A DNA stretch of 64,000 nucleotides. It comes from Candidatus Bathyarchaeota archaeon (GTDB lineage: Archaea; Thermoproteota; CALKCG01; B24; DRYS01). The notes under the pieces were generated by a model. That model was given only the letters and a program-made list of their open reading frames with translations. It was not told the origin of the DNA and did not search any database. Location of the stretch: positions 96,001-160,000 of the forward strand of contig JAGTQC010000003.1 of assembly GCA_018396535.1 (NCBI GenBank), given 5' to 3'. The translations under genes and the position numbers were made by a program. Below are positions 27,860 through 38,728 of this stretch, one piece after another. The stretch's first letter is position 1; each line of letters starts with the position of its first letter.

Positions 27860-28384
27860 TCACTGTTTAAGCTTCTCTAACGTATAGTATCTAGCTATAT
27901 ATACGATCTCATCACCTCGATATAGGTCTCTTATAACGGCTTCCTCTCTAGCTCCTAGAACATTCTCATATAATCTACGAGCAGCTTCATTCGAAGAACT
28001 CGAGGATACTAGGATTAGTTTAAGCCTAGATCTAGGTTGACGTTCATCTAGATATATCTTAAGATAGCCTAACGAATCCTCTATAAGTCTACGACCTACA
28101 CCTAGCCTTCTAAACTCCGGATCAACAGCTATCTGCTCCAGCTCCCAGACGGATTCCTCTCTAAACCCACCCTTCTCAACCCAGAGTATATAACCGATAA
28201 CCCTCCCCCTATACAATGCTACGAAATACTGCATCCTAGGATAAGCTTTCATATTACATTCAAACCAGCGTTTAACGAGATCTTCACTACGCATCCCTTT
28301 GAAGGATGATAGGTATATCCTAACTACATCATCGATATCATTCTGCTCCATAGGTTTAACATAGATTTCAACTACTCCACTCAT
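27860..28384 (-). CDS. GNAT family N-acetyltransferase
   Basis: IAVDPEFRRLGVGRRL motif A, NEAARRLYE. Confidence 0.85.
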   Translation of the reverse strand: MSGVVEIYVKPMEQNDIDDVVRIYLSSFKGMRSEDLVKRWFECNMKAYPRMQYFVALYRGRVIGYILWVEKGGFREESVWELEQIAVDPEFRRLGVGRRLIEDSLGYLKIYLDERQPRSRLKLILVSSSSSNEAARRLYENVLGAREEAVIRDLYRGDEIVYIARYYTLEKLKQ

Positions 28385-28539
28385 ATCGATTACTAAATTT
28401 TACTATATAAAATTTAAACTATTCTCAAAATCTAATTTTGATATATAACTATTCCTTTATAAAATGTATGGAGGTATACTGAAAATACTCTTTAATAGTT
28501 AAAAAATATTTTAAGTATATGGTTAGCTCGGTAATATTC

Positions 28540-29610
28540 CTAGACTAGCTTCACATCCTCGTTACCAACCCTAACCTTTATAGAAACCTCCCCCTCGTAT
28601 ACTCTACCGATAATCCATGCTTTAATCCCCATCTTCTCACAGAAGTCTACTATATCCTCAGCTTCACTCTTAGGTGCTATCGTACAGAAGCCTACACCCA
28701 TATTGAAGGTACGGTACATCTCCCTATCGCTTACACCCCCCAACTCCTGTATTAGTTTAAAGATAGGTGGGGGTTTAGGCATAGAATCTAGATAGAAGCC
28801 TACTCTAGCTATTCGTGCTAATCTTATAAGCTTACTGAAAGCTCCACCAGTTATATGAGCTAATCCGTGAACTTCATATCTCTTCAATACATCGAGGATA
28901 GGTTTAACATAGATCCTTGTAGGTTTTAGCAACTCCTCACCTATACTACACCCGATTTCATCTAGATAATCATCGATTCTATACCTAGATAGGAGTATTC
29001 TCCTAGCTAGGGTTAACCCGTTGGAGTGTATACCACTACTAGCTAACCCTACGATACAATCTCCGATACCGATCCTATCCCCATAAACGATTTTATCTCT
29101 ATCCACAACTCCTATACACATAGCTGCTAGATCGAATCCGTAACCATCTCTAACACCTTTAACGATATCCTTCATCACAGCTGTCTCCCCACCTACTATA
29201 GCTACTCCAGCCTCCTCCGCTCCCTTAGCTAAGCCCTCCATTATAGGTACTACTAGATCCTCTCTAGGCTCCTCGACTACTAGATAATCTACTAAAGCTA
29301 CGGGTTCAGCTCCTATACATATAACATCGTTTACACACATAGCTACACAATCCACTCCTATAGTATCGTATCTACCCATCATCTGAGCTACGAGGATCTT
29401 AGTACCGACGCCGTCGACGTGCATCGCTAACGCTTTACCCCCACCGATATCTATGAGACCAGCATAATGCCCCACCTCTATCAATACCTCACCCCACCTA
29501 CCTCTCCTAGTTTTAAACGTCCTCTCCGCTATCCAAGCTATACGTCTATGAATCTCAGCTACCCTATCCACATCTACACCTGCTTCCCTATAACTTCTAG
29601 GTATACCCAT
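28540..29610 (-). CDS. purM: AIR synthase
   Basis: YREAGVD, DGVGTK, GGETA, SSGIHSNG, HITGG, TFNMGVG; start moved to ATG 29610. Confidence 0.95.
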   Translation of the reverse strand: MGIPRSYREAGVDVDRVAEIHRRIAWIAERTFKTRRGRWGEVLIEVGHYAGLIDIGGGKALAMHVDGVGTKILVAQMMGRYDTIGVDCVAMCVNDVICIGAEPVALVDYLVVEEPREDLVVPIMEGLAKGAEEAGVAIVGGETAVMKDIVKGVRDGYGFDLAAMCIGVVDRDKIVYGDRIGIGDCIVGLASSGIHSNGLTLARRILLSRYRIDDYLDEIGCSIGEELLKPTRIYVKPILDVLKRYEVHGLAHITGGAFSKLIRLARIARVGFYLDSMPKPPPIFKLIQELGGVSDREMYRTFNMGVGFCTIAPKSEAEDIVDFCEKMGIKAWIIGRVYEGEVSIKVRVGNEDVKLV

Positions 29611-29614
29611 ATCC

Positions 29615-30475
29615 TCACCTAAACTTCTCACCTGTAAGCCTTTCGTAAGCTTCTATATACCTTCTACTAACCTCTTCTATAAGCTCTCTAGGTAGGCTTG
29701 GAGGTTCAGGTATCGGATCCCCCCTCCTCCTAGCTTCCTCTAACCTCCTTCTATACCCTACCCTATCAAGCCAATCTCTAACAGGCTGTTTATCAAAGCT
29801 ATCCTGTAGGCGTCCCGGAGCGTAGCTAGATTTAACCCATAACCTAAACTCATCTGGACCTATAGAATCGCCTAGGATAATACTATCGCCATACCTACCA
29901 AACTCGATCTTCAAATCTGCGAGTATAAACCCAGCTTCCTCAGCCCTCCTATTCATAACTTCGTATATAGCTATAGATAGATCCTCTAACATATCATACT
30001 CAGAAGATGTAACCCATCCTCTAGCTATAGCCTCCCCCCTGGTTATAGGCCTATCCTTCTCTTCAAACTTAGTCGTAGGATCCAGTATCGGTTCAGGAAG
30101 TCTAGCTGCTAGTACCGGCTCTACAGGTAGATTAACCTCCCCTCTCAGCATCCTCTCATATAGGCTTCCATAGATGTAGCCGCGGACGATAAACTCTATA
30201 GGTATCATATCTAACCTCTTCACAACCATACAGTTAGGAGGCTCGATCCATAGCATATGATGCTTCACTCCAACCCTATCCTCTAGGTATCTAAACCAGA
30301 ATGCAGCCATCCGACATAGTACCTCACCCTTAAACGGTACGATAGAAGGTAGTACTATATCGAAGGCTGAAATCCTATCGCTAAAATAGAATAGTAGCCT
30401 ATCGCTATCTACAAGATAGATATCCTTAACCTTCCCCTTCTTAACCAGCTTAAACATCGATAGATCGAAACTCAT
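29615..30475 (-). CDS. purC: SAICAR synthase
   Basis: GKVKDIY, DRISAFD, PTTK, DLKIEFG, SFDKQPVRDW. Confidence 0.95.
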   Translation of the reverse strand: MSFDLSMFKLVKKGKVKDIYLVDSDRLLFYFSDRISAFDIVLPSIVPFKGEVLCRMAAFWFRYLEDRVGVKHHMLWIEPPNCMVVKRLDMIPIEFIVRGYIYGSLYERMLRGEVNLPVEPVLAARLPEPILDPTTKFEEKDRPITRGEAIARGWVTSSEYDMLEDLSIAIYEVMNRRAEEAGFILADLKIEFGRYGDSIILGDSIGPDEFRLWVKSSYAPGRLQDSFDKQPVRDWLDRVGYRRRLEEARRRGDPIPEPPSLPRELIEEVSRRYIEAYERLTGEKFR

Positions 30476-30486
30476 AGCAAAACCTC

Positions 30487-30975
30487 CTAGACAGCTTCTA
30501 AAGCTTTAGCATCCTCCTCAACCCTACGTTTAAGATTAACCCTATACTGTATAAGCCTCTCCCTAACATCAGATCTAGATAAAGCTACTATCTCAGCTGC
30601 TAATACCGCTGCGTTAACAGAATTATCGACGCCTACACATGCTACAGGTATACCTGGAGGGGATTGGATAGAGGATAGGAGAGCATCCAAACCCATGAAG
30701 CTCCTATTCAACGGTAGCGAAATAACAGGTTTAATAGTATACGCGGCAATCAATCCGGGAAGCATAGCGGATAAACCAGCTATAGCGATAAATACTTTAA
30801 CACCGTTAGCATCAGCCTCCTCCACGATCTCCCTTACCCTATCTGGGTGACGATGAGCTGAGGCTACTGTCAACAAGTATTTCACACCCAGCTCCCTTAA
30901 TATTCTACATACCGCTTCCCCATACTCTCTATCAGATAGACTACCCAGTACTACTAGAACATCCACATCATCCAA
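30487..30975 (-). CDS. purE: AIR carboxylase / N5-CAIR mutase
   Basis: GSLSD, SAHR, AGLSAMLPG, GLDALLS..Q.PPGIPVA. Confidence 0.92.
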   Translation of the reverse strand: MDDVDVLVVLGSLSDREYGEAVCRILRELGVKYLLTVASAHRHPDRVREIVEEADANGVKVFIAIAGLSAMLPGLIAAYTIKPVISLPLNRSFMGLDALLSSIQSPPGIPVACVGVDNSVNAAVLAAEIVALSRSDVRERLIQYRVNLKRRVEEDAKALEAV

Positions 30976-31049
30976 GCTATATACACCCGGGAGGCTAATA
31001 GTTGAATACCTAGTTTAAAAATATTCGTGAAACCAGTATACGTTAAGCT

Positions 31050-31838
31050 TCATAATATATGAAGGTATGTATACTCTACAAGCGTCTTAAAGAATCTAAG
31101 ACAGTTATCCTCGAGTATGTTATCAAACCTGGTCCAGCTTGGATGTGTATATGGGTGGATATACTTCTCAGGATGAGGCATTAAACCTATTACATTACCA
31201 TCCCTATTACATATACCTGCTACATTATTCATCGAACCGTTAGGATTCCACCCCCTAGATATGCATCCACTAGGATCTACATACCTGAATACTATGTATC
31301 CATCATCTTCGAGTATATCAAGTATATCAGGTGGAGCTATGAACCTTCCCTCAGCATGATTTATAGGTGCATGGAGTATAGCTCCAGCTAGATCCTTCAA
31401 AGGTTTACAACGTGTAACTTCCTCACACCTAATATATACCCACCTATCTATGAAGAATCCCCCCTCGTTTAAAGCTAGAGTCGCTTCCTGCCTACTAAAT
31501 AACCCGCTCAAACCTGGTAGTAATCCTGCTTTAACTAAAGCTTGAAAACCATTACAAATCCCGAGTATAATCCTCCCCTCTGATACAATCCTCTCTATAG
31601 GCTTCCTAAGCCTATACTTAAGCTGGCATGCAAGTATCTTCCCAGCTCCGAGATCGTCTCCATAGCTAAACCCGCCAGGTATGCAGAATATATGATACTC
31701 ATCCAGGATTGACGGATCTTTTAAGAGACTATTTATATGCTTCACTTCTACTCGAGATCCAGCTTCTTCGAATGCTTCGATAGTCTCCTGATCACAGTTA
31801 GTACCCGGAGCTCTGAGTATAAGAGTCTTCACCTTCAT
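31050..31838 (-). CDS. purQ: FGAM synthase glutaminase subunit
   Basis: PGTNCD, PGGFSYGD, GICNGFQ, MPHPE; start ATG 31838. Confidence 0.95.
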   Translation of the reverse strand: MKVKTLILRAPGTNCDQETIEAFEEAGSRVEVKHINSLLKDPSILDEYHIFCIPGGFSYGDDLGAGKILACQLKYRLRKPIERIVSEGRIILGICNGFQALVKAGLLPGLSGLFSRQEATLALNEGGFFIDRWVYIRCEEVTRCKPLKDLAGAILHAPINHAEGRFIAPPDILDILEDDGYIVFRYVDPSGCISRGWNPNGSMNNVAGICNRDGNVIGLMPHPEKYIHPYTHPSWTRFDNILEDNCLRFFKTLVEYTYLHIL

Positions 31839-31845
31839 AGATGCT

Positions 31846-34206
31846 TCACCAGTTGAAAGTGGATTTCCAAGCATCCTTCAAACTCCATATATCCTCCTCG
31901 TATACTCTACCGTTAACCCCATGAATTACAAGCCTCCCCTCTCTCGTAGTATACCCGATCCTCCTATATGGAAGATTATAGAATATCCTTTCGAAATAAT
32001 CCTCCATACCCTTCCTAACCTCGACTATAAACCTAGTATTAGATTCCGAGAATAGAATCTTATCATCCCTTACTAAGCCTAGTCTAGGTACCTCTGATAG
32101 CCATACCTCCACTCCTAAGCCTCCTGAGAAACTTGATTCGGCTAACGCTACTGCTAACCCCCCCTCCGAGCAATCATGACAAGATCTGATACATCCAACA
32201 TCTATAGCTTCTACGATCCTATCCATGATTAGTTTAGCATTATTCAAATCCACAGATGGTATCACACCGCTATCTATACCCATGATAGAGTAGTAGTATG
32301 ATCCACCTAACTCACACCTAGTATATCCCACAACATATACAGGATTTCCAGGCTCCTTAAAATCCATAGTTATAGCCTTCCTTATATCCGGTATTATACC
32401 TATAGCTGTTATGAGTAGAGTACCCGGTATAGATCTATAACTCCCATCTGGAAGCCTATACTCGTTGTATAGGCTATCCTTACCAGATATGAATGGTGTA
32501 TCGAATGCTTTAGCAGCATCATAGCATCCCTTAACAGCTTCGACTAAAGCTCCGAGTGTCTCCTCCCTCTCAGGATTACCCCAACTGAAGTTATCTAGGA
32601 GAGCTATCCTACGTCCACCTACTGCTACGTTATTCCTTATAGCTTCATCTACAACCGATAAAGCCATCTTATAAGGATACCTACTATACTTAGGGTTAAC
32701 ACCGCATGAAACAACAACACCTATCCAACTATCCTTTAAAGGCTTTAATACGCATGCATCGCTAGGTCCATCTCCATGAATACCAACCATAGGTTTAATA
32801 ACAACCCTAGCCTGTACTTCATGATCATATTGACGGATAACCCATTCCTTACTAGCTACATTTGGATCACTCAATATACGCCTGAGTATATCCATAAGAT
32901 CTGTAGGCATAGGGAAATCCGGATCCCACTCACGAAGCGGATTCCAATAAGCTCTCCTCCTAACCCTTGGTATACCCTTAAAGAGGAATTCTAAATCTAG
33001 ATCACAAACAACCTCTCCTTCATAATATACTCTAAGCTTCCCAGTCGAGGTAAACCTACCTATAACAGTCGCTTCACAATCCTCCTCTCTGAATATCTTC
33101 ATCAACTTATCTATATTTCCCTCAGGTACAGCTAGTACCATACGCTCTTGAGATTCTGAAAGCCATATTTCCCAAGGTTCAAGCCCCTCATACTTCAAAG
33201 GTACTAGTGATAATTCCACTTCTGCACCGATTTTTTTCGCCATCTCCCCTACAGCTGATGATAAACCTCCTCCACCACAATCGGTTATAGCTGAGTATAA
33301 TGGTTCACTATATTCATCTCTAGCTCTCATTATAGCATCTAGAAGCTTCTTCTCCTCTATAGGGTTGCCTATCTGTACAGATATAACTGATACCTTCTCA
33401 GATTCAGGTGTAAGTTCCGTACTTGCGAATGTAACACCTCTAAGTCCATCTCTACCAGTCCTTCCACCCACTAATACTATCAAATCTCCAGGCTTAGGCT
33501 TCCTAGTATACCTACTAAACGGCATTATACCTACACATCCAGCATAGACTAACGGGTTACATAGATATCCCTCATCAAATCCTATAGCACCGCATGCTGT
33601 AGGTACACCCATCTTATTACCATAATCCCTAATACCTGCTACAGCTCCTCTCATAACCCTTCGAGGATGCATAACTCCTTGAGGAAGTAGCTCGTAAGGA
33701 TAATCTAGAGGACCGAAGAATAGTACATCTATGGATAGTATCGGCTTTGCGCCTACACCTATAACATCTCTAAAAACTCCTCCAGTCCCGGTTCCTGCCC
33801 CTCCATATGGATCTAAAGCTGTCGGATGATTATGCGTCTCAACCTTAACTGCTATAGACCAATCACCTTCAAGTCTCACTATCCCAGCGTTATCCTCGAA
33901 TACTACTAGACACCATGGCTTAGAAAGCTCCTTAGTCACTCTGAATATATAGCTTTCGAGTAAGTTATCGATAATACCATCGTTTGTCTCTATTATCCCC
34001 TTAAAGGTCTTATGATAACAATGTTCAGACCATGTCTGAGCGATGGTGTTTAACTCTACATCCGTAGGATCTCTACCTATACTTATGAAATATGCTTTTA
34101 TAGCTTTCATCTCATCCAGCGATAAGGATAACATATAGCGTCTACTAATATCCATCAACTCCTCATCTGTAGCTTCTCTTACATGTATTACACTAACCTT
34201 CGCCAT
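31846..34206 (-). CDS. purL: FGAM synthase synthetase subunit
   Basis: AQTWSEHC, KVETHNHP, GGRTGRDG, SESQERM, QYDHEV, HDCSEGG. Confidence 0.96.
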   Translation of the reverse strand: MAKVSVIHVREATDEELMDISRRYMLSLSLDEMKAIKAYFISIGRDPTDVELNTIAQTWSEHCYHKTFKGIIETNDGIIDNLLESYIFRVTKELSKPWCLVVFEDNAGIVRLEGDWSIAVKVETHNHPTALDPYGGAGTGTGGVFRDVIGVGAKPILSIDVLFFGPLDYPYELLPQGVMHPRRVMRGAVAGIRDYGNKMGVPTACGAIGFDEGYLCNPLVYAGCVGIMPFSRYTRKPKPGDLIVLVGGRTGRDGLRGVTFASTELTPESEKVSVISVQIGNPIEEKKLLDAIMRARDEYSEPLYSAITDCGGGGLSSAVGEMAKKIGAEVELSLVPLKYEGLEPWEIWLSESQERMVLAVPEGNIDKLMKIFREEDCEATVIGRFTSTGKLRVYYEGEVVCDLDLEFLFKGIPRVRRRAYWNPLREWDPDFPMPTDLMDILRRILSDPNVASKEWVIRQYDHEVQARVVIKPMVGIHGDGPSDACVLKPLKDSWIGVVVSCGVNPKYSRYPYKMALSVVDEAIRNNVAVGGRRIALLDNFSWGNPEREETLGALVEAVKGCYDAAKAFDTPFISGKDSLYNEYRLPDGSYRSIPGTLLITAIGIIPDIRKAITMDFKEPGNPVYVVGYTRCELGGSYYYSIMGIDSGVIPSVDLNNAKLIMDRIVEAIDVGCIRSCHDCSEGGLAVALAESSFSGGLGVEVWLSEVPRLGLVRDDKILFSESNTRFIVEVRKGMEDYFERIFYNLPYRRIGYTTREGRLVIHGVNGRVYEEDIWSLKDAWKSTFNW

Positions 34207-34233
34207 ACCACACCACCGAGATGGTAAGACTAT

Positions 34234-35337
34234 CTAAATCCAGATTACAGGTGTTATCCCGAATACTCCTAGATCGACTCTATCTCCCTGCTCGACTCCA
34301 GGATACAGTATAACTCTTAAACCTATAGGTCTACCTTTAAGCCTACTCACCTCGTACAGATCTAGCATTACACCCTCCAACACCTTCTCAGATATATCGA
34401 TCGGTATGACCACCATATCGACACCCGCTACACAGAAGCATGAAAGAGCTACTAGATCCCTTAATCTAAGCATACCCTCACATACCCTCTCCTTAAGTAT
34501 ATTATCCTCAGCTACAGGCAGCATTATTTCGCAAAATCCTGTAGAGGATATACTACACTCGCTAGCTATTCTACGTATGAAGTGGTTAATCTTAGAGATT
34601 GTATGCATAGATCCAGGGCTTGGTAGGGCTACCCCAGATAATTCTTCTACGAGTAGAGCTACAGAATCATCCATCCATGGGGATAGCGAGTAATCTAATC
34701 CATAGTAGTCTACACCAATCCTCGAAGCTATACGCTTACCTATGGACTCTGTTTCTGATAATATCCTACGAACTGCTTCGCTCATACCATTCACCCCTCC
34801 ACCCCTATAAGCTTCGATTAGATCTCTAGCATAGAGTAAGGCTAATGCAACCCCCTCCCCACGCTTCACATTCATAGATAATGGAAAATACGGTGTGAGA
34901 AGATCATCTCCTCCAAATAGTATAGCGATTTTAGTCAGCAATATAGGATCTCTATACGAAATCTTCTTCAACAACCTTACGATCCTACCATAATATTCAG
35001 GTGATCCAGGTTTAATCGAAGTATATACGCCTATAGTAGATAAATCCTCCGCTATCATTGGATCATCGTTTGTTGCATCGTATACGAACCCTGATACCAT
35101 ACTAATACCGATACTCTCGCACACCTCTCTAACTATCCTTGCTATAATAGTCTTCCCTCCACTAGTATGTAGATGCGATAGAGATATCCTTACACCTCTA
35201 TCCCATATAACTCCTCTAGATCTAAAATCATCTATAGCCTCTAGGAAGGATTGAATTCTACTTTCAAGATATTCCCTTATAGCCAGCGGGCCCCTATCCG
35301 CTAGATCTAGAAATAGAGTTACCGCTCTTACCTTCAA
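34234..35337 (-). CDS. DUF711 family protein
   Basis: KVRAVTLF, TPYFP, DYSLSPWM, GFCEIMLPVAED, CVAGVDMV. Confidence 0.8.
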   Translation of the reverse strand: MKVRAVTLFLDLADRGPLAIREYLESRIQSFLEAIDDFRSRGVIWDRGVRISLSHLHTSGGKTIIARIVREVCESIGISMVSGFVYDATNDDPMIAEDLSTIGVYTSIKPGSPEYYGRIVRLLKKISYRDPILLTKIAILFGGDDLLTPYFPLSMNVKRGEGVALALLYARDLIEAYRGGGVNGMSEAVRRILSETESIGKRIASRIGVDYYGLDYSLSPWMDDSVALLVEELSGVALPSPGSMHTISKINHFIRRIASECSISSTGFCEIMLPVAEDNILKERVCEGMLRLRDLVALSCFCVAGVDMVVIPIDISEKVLEGVMLDLYEVSRLKGRPIGLRVILYPGVEQGDRVDLGVFGITPVIWI

Positions 35338-35345
35338 GTCTAAAT

Positions 35346-35831
35346 TTACACCGGTGGAAGTATCTTATAATCGTGTATTATAGGATTTGCTAAACATCTT
35401 CTAGCGACTAATTCAACTTTATCATAATTTAAGCATCCATTAAGAACGTATAGCGTGAAAGTCTCTGCATGCGATAACCTATCGATACCTATGATTCTCG
35501 AAGCTTCTAATACGCTAGAAGCTAGGCTATCGAATACACCAGGTTTATACTTAACCTCTATAATCCATCCATCTAGTCTTATATTGGATTCACCTTCTAG
35601 AAAGTATACATACTCTTGGATTATAGGATCATGAAGGAGCTCCTCGCATATCAATTTAACATCATCCTCGGAAAGATCCCCATCTAATCTAAAGCCTTGA
35701 ATAACCTTCACCTTCTCAACCCCCTTTACATCCATATCCCTTATCTCCCACTGTATCCTCATGCTAACTGGATCTAGTGTATCCTGCTTATAACTAACAT
35801 AGACTCTCCAAACTCTATGAGTATCTTGCAT
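35346..35831 (-). CDS. purS: tandem (two-domain) PurS
   Basis: Two PurS-like repeats: DPVS...LLHDPIIQEY and YKPGVFD...LANPIIHDY. Confidence 0.75.
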   Translation of the reverse strand: MQDTHRVWRVYVSYKQDTLDPVSMRIQWEIRDMDVKGVEKVKVIQGFRLDGDLSEDDVKLICEELLHDPIIQEYVYFLEGESNIRLDGWIIEVKYKPGVFDSLASSVLEASRIIGIDRLSHAETFTLYVLNGCLNYDKVELVARRCLANPIIHDYKILPPV

Positions 35832-35836
35832 AGCAG

Positions 35837-37207
35837 TTATACCCCCTCATTTAAGCTTCTACCTAAAATCGTATTCCTAGGAAACCATATCTCCCTAGCT
35901 TCACCTACTGTAAAAACCGATCCTGTAACAAGTATAACATCATCTTCCGATGAGAGCTTTTTTGCCATCATAACAGCATCCTTTACATCCTCCACCACCA
36001 TAGCCTTCCTACCGTAAAACTCTGCTCTAGACGCCAATATATTAGGATCTAAACCCCTACCCATAACCTTATGTCTACACGCGATTACCATATCTGAAAA
36101 GCTACAAAACTCTCTCATCATACTCTCATAATCCTTATCGGAAGATATACCGACAACTAGTATCACCCTTCTACTTGAGAATAATCTTTCAAACTCCCTT
36201 CTAATAGCTGAAGCAGCTCTAGGATCCTTAGCACAATCCAGTATGATCATAGGCTTTCGTTCGACTATCTCAAACCTACCAGGCCAGAAAGCATTCCCTA
36301 ACCCTCTCCTAATAGATTCCTCATGTACCTCGATCCCCCTTAACGAAAGGAGCTCGATAGCACCTACAGCTGTAGCGGCGTTGACTACTTGATGTAACCC
36401 TATCATACTTAGGGTTAAATCTTCATATATACCCAGTAAACCCTTCAGATCGAATACCTCTCCATCTAATCCAGCAGATTTTATGGTAAATACCAAATCT
36501 CTACAAACCTCTACGAGCTTTGCTCTCCTCCTTTGAGCTATCATCTCTAGTACTCTTAGTGCTTCGATCTTATCAGCAGCTGTGATAGCTAGTCCTTCAC
36601 GCTTAATTATACCTCCCTTCTCCCTAGCTATCTTATCTACGGTATTCCCTAGTATATGTGTATGTTCTAGATCTACATTAGTTATGACAGAGACTAGGGG
36701 GTTTAAGACATTAGTAGCATCGAGACGTCCTCCAAGACCAACCTCTACCACTGCTATATCCACCTTCTCCTCTTCGAATAGTTTAAACGCTATAGCAACC
36801 GTAACCTCAAAAAATGAAGGTCTACCATAACGTTTACATCTACTCATCCTCTCTACGTATGGTAGTATCTCCTCGCATACTTCTAACAGTTTATCCTCCC
36901 TTATTGGTTTACCATCTACTACAAACCTCTCCGTATAACTTGATAGATGAGGTTTGGTAAACATCCCTACATGGAAACCTTCTTCTAGGAGTATGGAGGC
37001 TATCATCGATACAGTAGACCCTTTCCCGTTAGTACCTCCTACAAGTATAGAGTCAAACTTCTCATGCGGATTATCTACAAGTTTAAGTAGTCGCTTTATA
37101 TTTCTCAGATCAAATTTAGCTCTATCCCTTCTAAGATTGTATATATAGTTTACAATTTGATCATAATCAGTTATATTGTACGCCATAGAATCACCAATAT
37201 TAGTCAA
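35837..37207 (-). CDS. folC: folylpolyglutamate synthase / dihydrofolate synthase
   Basis: GGTNGKGST, EVGLGGRLDATN, LEHT..LG.T...IAREKGGI, WPGRFE, TGSVFTVGE. Confidence 0.93.
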   Translation of the reverse strand: MTNIGDSMAYNITDYDQIVNYIYNLRRDRAKFDLRNIKRLLKLVDNPHEKFDSILVGGTNGKGSTVSMIASILLEEGFHVGMFTKPHLSSYTERFVVDGKPIREDKLLEVCEEILPYVERMSRCKRYGRPSFFEVTVAIAFKLFEEEKVDIAVVEVGLGGRLDATNVLNPLVSVITNVDLEHTHILGNTVDKIAREKGGIIKREGLAITAADKIEALRVLEMIAQRRRAKLVEVCRDLVFTIKSAGLDGEVFDLKGLLGIYEDLTLSMIGLHQVVNAATAVGAIELLSLRGIEVHEESIRRGLGNAFWPGRFEIVERKPMIILDCAKDPRAASAIRREFERLFSSRRVILVVGISSDKDYESMMREFCSFSDMVIACRHKVMGRGLDPNILASRAEFYGRKAMVVEDVKDAVMMAKKLSSEDDVILVTGSVFTVGEAREIWFPRNTILGRSLNEGV

Positions 37208-37860
37208 CCATAATTTAATATCTTAACACGACGCCCTTCAATCCTTATTATTCTCTCCTGAAAAATCTTTATAGCTTCGATTAAAGCCTCCTGCTCCTTC
37301 TCCTGAACCTTAGCTTTAAGAGTTAACGGCGTATCATCATCGCTTACTTCTACAACCTTCTGTATAAGTATCGGTCCAGTATCAACCCCTTCATCGACAA
37401 AGTGTAGTGTACATCCTGTAACTTTAACACCGTAATCTAGAATAGCTTTATGAACTTCTAGATCCATACCTCCGGAGAAAGCCGGTAATAGAGATGGATG
37501 AATATTGAGTATCCTCCATCTAAATCTATCTACGAAAAACTTACTGAGTATCCTCATATATCCTATGAGCAATACTAGGTCTATCGGCCCCCTCTTTTCA
37601 AGCTCGCCTACGATGATCTTATCATACTCCTCTCTCGAAAGACCCTTAGGATCGATGAATATCGCTTCTATTCCGTTCATCCTAGCTCTCTCTAGTATAT
37701 ACGCATTCCTCCTATCGCTTATAACACACACTATCTCTGCATAAAGCTCTCCACTCTTTATAGAATCTATTATCGCTTGTAGATCAGTCCCCCTAGTGGA
37801 TCCTAAGACTGCTATTCTTAATGGTCTATCCTTGACTGGGTATATGACATTTGATTCCAA
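37204..37860 (-). CDS. purN: GAR formyltransferase (10-formyl-THF dependent)
   Basis: GTDLQAII, GYMRIL, NIHPSLLP, GCTLHFVDEGVDTGPI. Confidence 0.95.
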   Translation of the reverse strand: MESNVIYPVKDRPLRIAVLGSTRGTDLQAIIDSIKSGELYAEIVCVISDRRNAYILERARMNGIEAIFIDPKGLSREEYDKIIVGELEKRGPIDLVLLIGYMRILSKFFVDRFRWRILNIHPSLLPAFSGGMDLEVHKAILDYGVKVTGCTLHFVDEGVDTGPILIQKVVEVSDDDTPLTLKAKVQEKEQEALIEAIKIFQERIIRIEGRRVKILNYG

Positions 37861-37861
37861 T

Positions 37862-38728
37862 CTACATCAACCCCTGGAGCTTCATAGCTTGGAAGAGGTT
37901 ATCTACAACCATAGCTACAGTTACCGGACCTACACCTCCAGGTACTGGTGTTATCATCGAAGCTTTACATCCGACATTCTTGAAATCGACATCGCCTACT
38001 ATTCTCCCCTCAACTCTGGATATACCTACATCCACCACTACAGCCCCATCACGTACCATAGAAGCCTTTATGAGCAGTGGAACACCAGTAGCTGATACGA
38101 GGATATCCGCATTAGAGGTATGCGATGGTAGATTTCTAGTTTTAGCATGACATATAGATACTGTCGCAAACCTATTCGTTAAAACCATTGAGAGAGGTTT
38201 GCCTACAAGTATGCTATTGCTTACTACACATACCTCAGCCCCTTCTAATTCCACACTATAGTACTCCAGTATTTTCACAACAGCTCTAGCTCCGCATGGT
38301 ACTAGAGTCTCATCTCCATGCATAAGCTTACCTAGATTAACAGGTGTTAACCCATCCACATCTTTGCTCGGATCTAGGATAGAGAATACTCTATAAGGAT
38401 CGATATGTTTAGGTAGTGGTAGCTGTACCAATATTCCGTTAATGCTTGTATCATCGTTTAGAGATCCTATTATCTCGAGAAGAGTTTTGAGGTCGATCGA
38501 ATCTGGCTTACGTATAACTATAACGTCTATACCAACTTTTTCGCAATAACTAACCTTATTCTTGACGAATAGTTTTGAAGCTGGATCATCACCTACCATA
38601 ACTATAGATAGTCTTGGTTTTAGCCCTCTATGGGCTAACTCTAACACGTTCTCTCTATGTATCCTACACATATAATCTGCTATAATTCTACCATCCATAA
38701 TCTTAACCTTACTTTGTTGTCCAATCAT
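37862..38728 (-). CDS. folD: methylene-THF dehydrogenase/cyclohydrolase
   Basis: [31 protein letters not shown]. Confidence 0.95.
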   Translation of the reverse strand: MIGQQSKVKIMDGRIIADYMCRIHRENVLELAHRGLKPRLSIVMVGDDPASKLFVKNKVSYCEKVGIDVIVIRKPDSIDLKTLLEIIGSLNDDTSINGILVQLPLPKHIDPYRVFSILDPSKDVDGLTPVNLGKLMHGDETLVPCGARAVVKILEYYSVELEGAEVCVVSNSILVGKPLSMVLTNRFATVSICHAKTRNLPSHTSNADILVSATGVPLLIKASMVRDGAVVVDVGISRVEGRIVGDVDFKNVGCKASMITPVPGGVGPVTVAMVVDNLFQAMKLQGLM

